DNA from: Escherichia phage N4
Reading direction: 5' to 3' (one strand)
Length of the DNA stretch: 64,000 nucleotides
Sequence record: NC_008720.1
In this document: positions 8,264-15,459 of the stretch, one piece after another
Layout: each line of letters begins with the position of its first letter
How positions within the stretch are numbered: the first letter of the stretch is position 1
Translations under genes and position numbers: made by a program
The notes under the pieces: model-generated
The model's input: only the letters and a program-made list of their open reading frames with translations
The model's database searches: none
Told to the model about the DNA's origin: nothing

Positions 8264-9092
8264 GTACATTGCAGTAGCAATTGCAGGGCTAATCATTGCT
8301 CTAAGTTTAACGAGCTGCTATGACCGAGTTGAACCAGGTAATGTAGGTATTATCGTTAACCGTCTCGGTGAAGATAAAGGCGTGGAAAATGAGGTTAAAG
8401 GTGTAGGCCGTTACTGGCTCACTTGGAATGAAGAACTTTATACATTCCCGACCTTTAAGCAGATGAAGACCTATGATGGTCTGTTCTACTTCCAACTGTC
8501 TGATGGTACTCAGATAGGCCACCAGATGGCTATCAGCTATAAAGTAAATCCTACTAAGGTAACTAATATCTTCCAGACGTATCATAAGGGAGTTAATGAA
8601 ATTACCGAACAGGATTTACGCCAACGTATTGCTGATGTACTTAACAGGCAGGGTAACCTGATTAACACCGATACATTTATTGATGGTGGTAAATCTAAGT
8701 TACTGGATAGTGTCACGGACACAATCCGTAAAGAGATGGAACCAGTGGGGATTGATATTATTGCTATCTCCTGGATTGGTGCTCCTGAATACCCTGATAA
8801 CGTTAAACGTGCCATTAATGCCAAAGTAGAAGCTACTCAGAAAACTCTGCAACGTGAGCAAGAGATTCAGCAACGCGTAGCTGAAGCTAATATGGAACGT
8901 GAACAAGCTAAGGGTGTAGCAGATGCTATTCTGATTAAGGCTAAAGCAGAGGCTGATGCTATTCGTTTACGTGGTGAAGCACTCACCGAGAACCCAAATG
9001 TAATGCAACTGGAAGCCATTAATAAGTGGAATGGTACATTACCTACCACAATGATTCCTGGGGCTACTACACCTTTCGTTAATGTGAAATAA
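8256..9092 (+). CDS. SPFH/band-7 (prohibitin/HflK-like) lipoprotein (278 aa)
   Basis: N-terminal signal with lipobox-like LTSC; VEPGNVGIIVNRLG SPFH-type core; C-terminal coiled coil (EATQKTLQREQEIQQRVAEANMEREQAKG). Confidence 0.6.
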   Translation: MYKYIAVAIAGLIIALSLTSCYDRVEPGNVGIIVNRLGEDKGVENEVKGVGRYWLTWNEELYTFPTFKQMKTYDGLFYFQLSDGTQIGHQMAISYKVNPTKVTNIFQTYHKGVNEITEQDLRQRIADVLNRQGNLINTDTFIDGGKSKLLDSVTDTIRKEMEPVGIDIIAISWIGAPEYPDNVKRAINAKVEATQKTLQREQEIQQRVAEANMEREQAKGVADAILIKAKAEADAIRLRGEALTENPNVMQLEAINKWNGTLPTTMIPGATTPFVNVK

Positions 9093-9099
9093 CTAAGCA

Positions 9100-9128
9100 A
9101 ACCCACCATTACGGTGGGTTTATTTTTT
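9100..9128 (+). terminator. Rho-independent terminator
   Basis: Stem AACCCACC/GGTGGGTT followed by TATTTTTTG. Confidence 0.75.
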
Positions 9129-9154
9129 GAAGTTATCTAACACCGGGTATTCCT

Positions 9155-9379
9155 ATGAAAGTAAATGTTTTACGTCGTAAGAAAGTTCCTTTCTTTCAAA
9201 TCAATTGTGGTTCATGTTTTCAACACGATGATGACTACTATATGAAGTGTAGTTATCAATCTAAAGAACACTTCTATGGTGTGAATTTACAAACAGGTCA
9301 TCTGTTCACATTTGATAATAATGACTTTGTTTATCCTGTGACTTTAGAAGCATGTATTCCTGACCCACTTAATAAATAG
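9155..9379 (+). CDS. Hypothetical Cys-containing protein (74 aa)
   Basis: ORF track. Confidence 0.45.
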   Translation: MKVNVLRRKKVPFFQINCGSCFQHDDDYYMKCSYQSKEHFYGVNLQTGHLFTFDNNDFVYPVTLEACIPDPLNK

Positions 9380-9380
9380 T

Positions 9381-9737
9381 ATGGCTCAAGAAAAGAATCG
9401 TCGTCAGACACTTATCGAACGTATTCAGGCCAGAATCAAATTACAGGACTTAGGCTATACCGTTAATGGTCAGCCTAGTCTCTGTCACATCTGGACTGGT
9501 TCACATTCAGGTAATGGACGTGGTGGGCAATATGGCAGGATTTCCGTGAATGGAGTTACCTCTGCAACTCACATTATTGCCTATACCCATTATCATGGTT
9601 ATATCCCCAATAAGATGCAAGTAGACCATCTCTGTAATAATCGTCTGTGCTGTAATCCTGAACATCTTGAATTGGTTACTCACCAAGAGAACCAGAGAAG
9701 AAGGGCTAAGCGTTCTAAATCTAAAGGAAATAAATAA
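9381..9737 (+). CDS. HNH homing endonuclease (118 aa)
   Basis: CHIWTGSHSGNGRGGQYGRISVNG...HIIAY...VDHLCNNRLCCNPEHLELVTHQENQ, a typical HNH_3 signature. Confidence 0.75.
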   Translation: MAQEKNRRQTLIERIQARIKLQDLGYTVNGQPSLCHIWTGSHSGNGRGGQYGRISVNGVTSATHIIAYTHYHGYIPNKMQVDHLCNNRLCCNPEHLELVTHQENQRRRAKRSKSKGNK

Positions 9738-9908
9738 ATGATTAAAAAACTTATTTGTAAACTTATTGCAGCAATCTTAATTAGTATTATTGGTATTGCA
9801 TGGGTAGTTTCTACTCCAGATAACGTTATGCAACAACTTTATTATGCTGTGTATACATCAACCTCTTTTGTTTGGGTTTATGTAATGTACCGTATTTGCA
9901 GCGACTAA
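9738..9908 (+). CDS. Small membrane protein (56 aa, below ORF-track cutoff)
   Basis: ATG directly after the HNH stop; two hydrophobic segments. Confidence 0.35.
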   Translation: MIKKLICKLIAAILISIIGIAWVVSTPDNVMQQLYYAVYTSTSFVWVYVMYRICSD

Positions 9909-9937
9909 TACTTAATATAGCTTAACTGGAGAGTAAA

Positions 9938-10996
9938 ATGGCTAGTATTGATTCTATTGCCGTATGTAATCCACGGCAGGTACGTAAATTTGTTGAACAC
10001 TGTATCCGTTCAGGATTGGTTCCATTTATCACTTCATCCCCTGGCATGGGTAAATCTGCAATTGTTCATCAGATTGCAGAAGACTTTGGCCTGAAACTGA
10101 TTGACCATCGTCTGTCTACTTCAGCACCAGAAGACCTGTCAGGTCTGCCTCGTTTTAAAGAGAATGGCCGTGCTGAATTTGCCCCATTTGATGAGCTATT
10201 CCCACTGGAAGGGGATGCTGTACCTGAAGGGTTTAATGGCTGGCTTCTCTTTCTCGATGAGTTTAACTCTGCTCGTAAAGAGATTCAGGCTGCTGCTTAT
10301 AAACTGGTACTCGACCGCATGACTGGTCAAAAAAAACTGCATCCTTATGTAGCTATCATATGTGCTGGTAACAAAGCAACTGACCGTGCCATTACTAACA
10401 ACCTGTCTACAGCTATGCAATCACGTCTTATTCATCTGGAAATGGAGACTGATTTTGATGTCTTCATGGAAGATGTAGCGATTCCTAACAAATGGGATGA
10501 ACGTGTAATTGCATTCCTGAATGCTAACCCAAATAAACTGAATGATTTTGAACCAGACCATCAAGAGAAGACTTTTTGTTGTTCTCGTACATGGGAGTTC
10601 GTTAACAAGATTGTTTCCATTCTCCCGCCAGGACCAATTGATAGTGAAATGACTCTGCTGTTAGCAGGCACTATCACTTCTGGTGTAGCAACATCATTCG
10701 TTCAGTTTACTCAGGTCTATAGCAACATGGTGTCTTTGAATGAGATTTTAGATAATCCTAAGAAAGCTCGTATGCCTGAAGACAATAACCTGTTGTGGGC
10801 TGTAGTCACTTCACTAATTAACAATACTGACGAAGATAATCATTCGAAAATCTTTGATTATGTTGAACGTATGCCATTTACGTTCAAGGTTTTGTACTAC
10901 CGTTCCGTAGGTAGTCTGGTTCCAGCTTTGGTTAAATTACCGAACTGGCGTGTTGCTGCAATCACATTATCTAAATACGTTCATGGTTCCAATTAA
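9938..10996 (+). CDS. MoxR-like AAA+ ATPase (352 aa)
   Basis: Walker A SPGMGKSA, Walker B LLFLDEF; partnered with the downstream vWA protein. Confidence 0.8.
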   Translation: MASIDSIAVCNPRQVRKFVEHCIRSGLVPFITSSPGMGKSAIVHQIAEDFGLKLIDHRLSTSAPEDLSGLPRFKENGRAEFAPFDELFPLEGDAVPEGFNGWLLFLDEFNSARKEIQAAAYKLVLDRMTGQKKLHPYVAIICAGNKATDRAITNNLSTAMQSRLIHLEMETDFDVFMEDVAIPNKWDERVIAFLNANPNKLNDFEPDHQEKTFCCSRTWEFVNKIVSILPPGPIDSEMTLLLAGTITSGVATSFVQFTQVYSNMVSLNEILDNPKKARMPEDNNLLWAVVTSLINNTDEDNHSKIFDYVERMPFTFKVLYYRSVGSLVPALVKLPNWRVAAITLSKYVHGSN

Positions 10997-11162
10997 CAAA
11001 AAGGGAGTTACAGACCTCCTGTATGTTGCTGGCTTTAACGGTAAAGAAATTACCGTATATGCCCCAAGTCTGGCTGCTGCTAAACAAAAGGCAGTTGAAT
11101 ACTTTCGTCCAAAGAAACGTGTAGCCCATACCATTTGGGTTCATCTCGCAGAGGAAAACTGA
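10983..11162 (+). CDS. Small hypothetical protein (59 aa)
   Basis: ORF in the gap between the AAA+ and vWA genes; start uncertain (track start 10950). Confidence 0.3.
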   Translation: MVPINKKGVTDLLYVAGFNGKEITVYAPSLAAAKQKAVEYFRPKKRVAHTIWVHLAEEN

Positions 11163-11163
11163 T

Positions 11164-12306
11164 ATGTCCATAACAGATGCTCAATTAACCCGTGAATATG
11201 ACAGATGTCAGGCTAAAGCCTTTATGGGCAAAACTGCTGCATTCTTTGGTTCACTGTTATGTTCTCTGAAGTTCCGTTGGGTAAAAGATGGCTGTGATAC
11301 AGCACAAACCGATGGTGAGCATCTCGAATGGAATCCTGATTGGTTTGAGAGTCTATTACCTGAATCTCGTGTAACAGTACTCATGCATGAACTATGGCAT
11401 GTCGGCTTACTGCATTCTGTTCGTATGGGTTCTCGTGACCCAGAAGTATGGAATTATGCCTGTGATATTTATATCAACAATCAGCTTATTCAGGATGGCC
11501 ACAGCTTTATAGGAATCGAAAATTGCTGGAAAGACCCTAAGTATGCTGGTTGGGCTGAAGAACAAATCTATGATGACCTCATGAGCAAACAGATACGTCC
11601 TCCTAAAGCATTTGGTGCTTTTGGGACTGGCTCAGGTGGTGACATGAAACCTTCCACTTCGAAGGCTAGTCAGGTGAATATTGTCAATAATGTAGTAAGA
11701 GCCATGCACCAACAGAAACTATCTGGTGGTTCTTTGCCTGGGGTATTACCTGGAAAAATGGAAGAAGTTATTACTCAATTCCTGAAACCAGTAGTACCGT
11801 GGCAGGTTTTACTTGAACGCTTCTTCAATGACCTGCAAGAAACTTACTACTCATGGCAACGGCCTAATCGTAGATACCCTGATATGTACCTACCATCTCC
11901 TATGGATGATGACGGTAGACTGGAACATCTGGCTTATTTCCTTGATACATCTGGCTCCATTAAACCTAAAGATGCCTTACGCTTTAGCTCTGAAGTGGCC
12001 TATGTAAAAGAGAAATATCAGCCTCAGAAGATGACTCTAGTTCAGTTCACTACAGAGATTGTAGATGAACAAGTCATTGAAGATGGTGACAAGTTTACTG
12101 ATGTCACTATCAAAGGACGGGGTGGTACTAGTCTGGTTCCTGTACGTGAATGGATTATTAAGCATAAGCCTACTGCTGCCATTATCTTTACTGACTTAGA
12201 AGTCAGGCCGATGGAACCATTGCCATTTGACATTCCTGTCATATGGGTAGTTATTCGTAACCCTGGTGCACAAGTTCCATTTGGGAAAGTTATTAACATT
12301 ACATGA
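11164..12306 (+). CDS. vWA-domain protein with N-terminal HExxH metallopeptidase-like region (380 aa)
   Basis: HELWH motif; MIDAS-like DTSGS in the C-terminal half; typical partner of MoxR-type ATPases. Confidence 0.7.
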   Translation: MSITDAQLTREYDRCQAKAFMGKTAAFFGSLLCSLKFRWVKDGCDTAQTDGEHLEWNPDWFESLLPESRVTVLMHELWHVGLLHSVRMGSRDPEVWNYACDIYINNQLIQDGHSFIGIENCWKDPKYAGWAEEQIYDDLMSKQIRPPKAFGAFGTGSGGDMKPSTSKASQVNIVNNVVRAMHQQKLSGGSLPGVLPGKMEEVITQFLKPVVPWQVLLERFFNDLQETYYSWQRPNRRYPDMYLPSPMDDDGRLEHLAYFLDTSGSIKPKDALRFSSEVAYVKEKYQPQKMTLVQFTTEIVDEQVIEDGDKFTDVTIKGRGGTSLVPVREWIIKHKPTAAIIFTDLEVRPMEPLPFDIPVIWVVIRNPGAQVPFGKVINIT

Positions 12307-12312
12307 GGTTTT

Positions 12313-12819
12313 ATGGTTGTTAATGGAAAACTATTGTTAGATGCTATGCCCATTAAGGGCATGGTCAACAGTAAACTCAGTTCAGGTGAGACTACATTTG
12401 GACTGGGAGAAGCTGGTTATGACATCCGTATTAAACAGGATGTTACCTTCTACCGGTTTCTTGGTTTGATTCCCTGCATCAAGATTAAGGATGAAGGAAA
12501 GACCAAGTGGAAGTTTGGTACTTTCACATTAGCTTCTGCAATGGAACGTTTCAATGTACCTGCTGGCCTAGTAGGTATTGTCCACGACAAATCTACATGG
12601 GCAAGGCGTACATTATCTGTATTCAATACTGTTATTGAACCAGGATGGTCTGGCTATCTGACTTTAGAACTGGTTTATCACGGTCGTAAAAAACTTCATA
12701 TCCCTGCTGGTTCAGGTATTGCTCAGGTCATCTTCCATGAGACAGTAGAGAATACTGCCTACAATGGGCGATACCAGAACCAGCCTAATCAACCCGTAGC
12801 TGCTAAGTCAGCTCGTTAA
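12313..12819 (+). CDS. dCTP deaminase/dUTPase-family protein (168 aa)
   Basis: Size and beta-rich sequence with GYDIR and GWSGYLTLEL regions; exact activity not resolvable by eye. Confidence 0.45.
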   Translation: MVVNGKLLLDAMPIKGMVNSKLSSGETTFGLGEAGYDIRIKQDVTFYRFLGLIPCIKIKDEGKTKWKFGTFTLASAMERFNVPAGLVGIVHDKSTWARRTLSVFNTVIEPGWSGYLTLELVYHGRKKLHIPAGSGIAQVIFHETVENTAYNGRYQNQPNQPVAAKSAR

Positions 12820-12832
12820 TTAAGGAAATATC

Positions 12833-13033
12833 ATGTCTATCTTTACTACTAAGGTTAATGGTCAAAAAGTTACTGTTGTTGCTCGTAACGTAGCTTACGT
12901 TACTGAAAACAGTGAAGGCCGTGGTGTAATTACTTTTACTAACGGCGATTCCATTGACACCCAGGTAGGTTATGACTCTATCCGTCGTAACGTAGCTAAA
13001 GCACTTGATGGTGCTAAAGACGCCGCAGAGTAA
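12833..13033 (+). CDS. Hypothetical protein (66 aa)
   Basis: ORF track; RBS AAGGAAATA upstream. Confidence 0.5.
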   Translation: MSIFTTKVNGQKVTVVARNVAYVTENSEGRGVITFTNGDSIDTQVGYDSIRRNVAKALDGAKDAAE

Positions 13034-13108
13034 GGTGTTTACAGTAATGGGGTTATATAGTAGCCCCATTTATGGAAATTCCTTTCTCCATTGCTTAGTC
13101 CCAACTAT

Positions 13109-13131
13109 GCCCACTTTATGTGGGCTTTTTT
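13109..13131 (+). terminator. Rho-independent terminator
   Basis: Stem GCCCAC/GTGGGC, loop TTTAT, then TTTTTT; a second hairpin without a U-tract lies upstream at about 13056-13083. Confidence 0.7.
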
Positions 13132-13146
13132 AATTAGAGACTATGT

Positions 13147-13389
13147 ATGAGCAAATTAGGTATACACGTTTACATAGATGAAGCCGAGAAGATATACCCC
13201 TATACATTATTTAGTTCCAGTGATTTACTTCAGATGAAGGTAAACTCCATTATCGTAAACTACTGGTATAACGATAAGAATTGGGATTACTGGGCTGCAC
13301 GACAGAAGAGTAAGAACAAGAAAGATATATTCAAAAGCAAATCAACTCCACACATGTTTCCTTGGTATCACAGAAACCGGAGATATTGA
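13147..13389 (+). CDS. Hypothetical protein (80 aa)
   Basis: ORF track. Confidence 0.45.
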   Translation: MSKLGIHVYIDEAEKIYPYTLFSSSDLLQMKVNSIIVNYWYNDKNWDYWAARQKSKNKKDIFKSKSTPHMFPWYHRNRRY

Positions 13390-13850
13390 TGACAAGAATA
13401 CCATTTTTAAAACCCAGAAAACGAACACCAAAGCTGTATCAAAAGACTACAGAAGACGGTTTAGCCTTGAACCAGAAAGCTATTAAGGCTGTTAGTATAC
13501 TGGTTCAAGGTAAACAGGATGCTGTTGCTTTACGTCTTGTTGTTGAGCAAATCTTAGTTGCTCTGACACTGGCTCAGGTAGCTAAACAAGAAGGTAAACA
13601 AGAAACCTGTAAAACAGCATTAGGTGCTTTGTACTGGTTGTATAAAGACCTTGCTGACAACTTTGAAATGTCTATGGATAAGTGGCAGGGTATTTCTTGT
13701 GTACTTGCTCTTAGAGAAGGACAGGAATTACTGTCTACTCTACCAAAAGCAGAATTTAAACTAGCCTACACTGGAGCACATAAGATTGTTCTTGGTTCCA
13801 GTAAGGACATCTTTAACCACCTTAAGCTATTCAAGGCTTTCTATGATTAA
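13389..13850 (+). CDS. Hypothetical protein (153 aa)
   Basis: ATG at 13389 overlapping the upstream stop (TGATG); track start 13362 is a TTG. Confidence 0.5.
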   Translation: MTRIPFLKPRKRTPKLYQKTTEDGLALNQKAIKAVSILVQGKQDAVALRLVVEQILVALTLAQVAKQEGKQETCKTALGALYWLYKDLADNFEMSMDKWQGISCVLALREGQELLSTLPKAEFKLAYTGAHKIVLGSSKDIFNHLKLFKAFYD

Positions 13851-14784
13851 TGCAAAAATCCTCGCTGATAGTATTACTCTTTCTGGTGACCGCCTGGTAA
13901 CAATGGAACTGGTTTATCCACGCTTCATTCATTCAGAATTTATGACTCACCGAGCACTTAATCGTAATGCTTCCAGTAGTCGTGCTATTCCTACCCAACG
14001 CCTTATTGAGCAAGTTCGTAATGAACCAGTAATGCCGGTACATTGGGGTAAGAACCAGAAAGGAATGCAGGCAAGTGAAGAACTCACTCCTATGGAAATT
14101 AAAGATGCTGAGTTCATTTGGGAAAATGCTGCCTCTGCCGCTGCTGTGTATGCTGAACAACTTCGTCGTGGACAAGTACATAAGCAGATTGTTAATCGTA
14201 TTCTGGAACCATTCACGCATATCCGTGTAGTAGTGACAGCTACTCAATGGAATAACTTCTTTGGTTTACGCATTCATCCTGATGCTCAACCAGAGATTTG
14301 TGAATTGGCTACTAAGATGAAGGAACAGTATGACCAATCAAAACCCCGTACCCTGTTGGCTGGGGAATGGCATTTGCCGTACATTACTAATAGTGATTAT
14401 CTCGATGCTTATGATTATTGCAAACATCAACGAATTACTCGTGATGAACCAAGTAGTGATGAGATTAATTGCCTGTTAGTAAAAATCTCTGCTGCTCGTT
14501 GTGCCCGTGCTTCCTATAACAACTTTAAAGGTACTCCTTCTACTATCGAAGAAGACCTGCGTTTGTTCTCTAAATTGGTTGAAAGTAAGCCTGTTCACGC
14601 AAGTCCTACCGAACATCAAGCAACTCCTCAACATGTAATGAGTAAAGGCTTAAATGAGCCTACTGACCCATCTACATGGGAAGATGGCATTAGCCACATG
14701 GACAGAGATTTACGTCTATACTCAGGTAATCTGTGTGGCTGGATTCAATTCCGTAAGCTGCTTGCAGATGAATGCATCCACTAA
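13843..14784 (+). CDS. thyX: Flavin-dependent thymidylate synthase ThyX (313 aa)
   Basis: ThyX signature region HSEFMTHRALNRNASSSRAIP (RHR...S motif); ATG at 13843. Confidence 0.8.
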   Translation: MINAKILADSITLSGDRLVTMELVYPRFIHSEFMTHRALNRNASSSRAIPTQRLIEQVRNEPVMPVHWGKNQKGMQASEELTPMEIKDAEFIWENAASAAAVYAEQLRRGQVHKQIVNRILEPFTHIRVVVTATQWNNFFGLRIHPDAQPEICELATKMKEQYDQSKPRTLLAGEWHLPYITNSDYLDAYDYCKHQRITRDEPSSDEINCLLVKISAARCARASYNNFKGTPSTIEEDLRLFSKLVESKPVHASPTEHQATPQHVMSKGLNEPTDPSTWEDGISHMDRDLRLYSGNLCGWIQFRKLLADECIH

Positions 14785-14829
14785 GTAGGTCTTTTGTGGG
14801 TGTAGACCACTCATAATAAACTCCGCTAT

Positions 14830-14857
14830 TTGCCTCCTACATGGAGGCAATTTTTTT
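14830..14857 (+). terminator. Rho-independent terminator
   Basis: Stem TTGCCTCC/GGAGGCAA, loop TACAT, then TTTTTTT. Confidence 0.8.
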
Positions 14858-14881
14858 GATTCCATGTACATAGGAGGCCAT

Positions 14882-15115
14882 ATGGCTAAACCACGTAAAT
14901 TCCGTATTAAGGATAAGCCTGTAATGGGTAGTGCTGCTGGTCAGTCACATGAGAAAGGAGACATTGTTTATGAATGCCTTCAGTATGATTACGGCGTTGC
15001 TCATGATGACACTCGTGCTACTGGTGTCCCACATACCTCAGTAACTCTTGAGAAAGATGGTAGCTACCCATTCTTCACTGTTCCTACTCATAACCTGGAA
15101 GAAATTCATGATTGA
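14882..15115 (+). CDS. Hypothetical protein (77 aa)
   Basis: ATG at 14882 with AGGAGG RBS. Confidence 0.5.
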   Translation: MAKPRKFRIKDKPVMGSAAGQSHEKGDIVYECLQYDYGVAHDDTRATGVPHTSVTLEKDGSYPFFTVPTHNLEEIHD

Positions 15116-15434
15116 CCCAAATATCATCCATGCCAAAACAGGCGAATCCCATAAGCTGTCTGAATATTCCAAAGTAGAAGATATTGCAGTTTGTCCTGCA
15201 AATATTGCTTCTCTTTGCATCTGTATTGCAGAGCTATCTAAAGAACGCCAACTATGGCTATCTCCTAATAAAACAATGGTTCAGGCAGGTCTGGCAGAAG
15301 TACAACGTATGCTGGATGAATGGTCTGAAGACCAGATGTTCATTGATGGCAATGCAGAAGCAATAACCGATGACATGGCCTCTGATATGGCTGTGTTTGT
15401 ATTACAAGCAATGGCTGAAAAGCGTAGTAGTTAA
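15108..15434 (+). CDS. Hypothetical protein (108 aa)
   Basis: ATG at 15108 overlapping the upstream stop. Confidence 0.45.
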   Translation: MIDPNIIHAKTGESHKLSEYSKVEDIAVCPANIASLCICIAELSKERQLWLSPNKTMVQAGLAEVQRMLDEWSEDQMFIDGNAEAITDDMASDMAVFVLQAMAEKRSS

Positions 15435-15459
15435 TTAATAATTTACTGGAGAAAATTCG

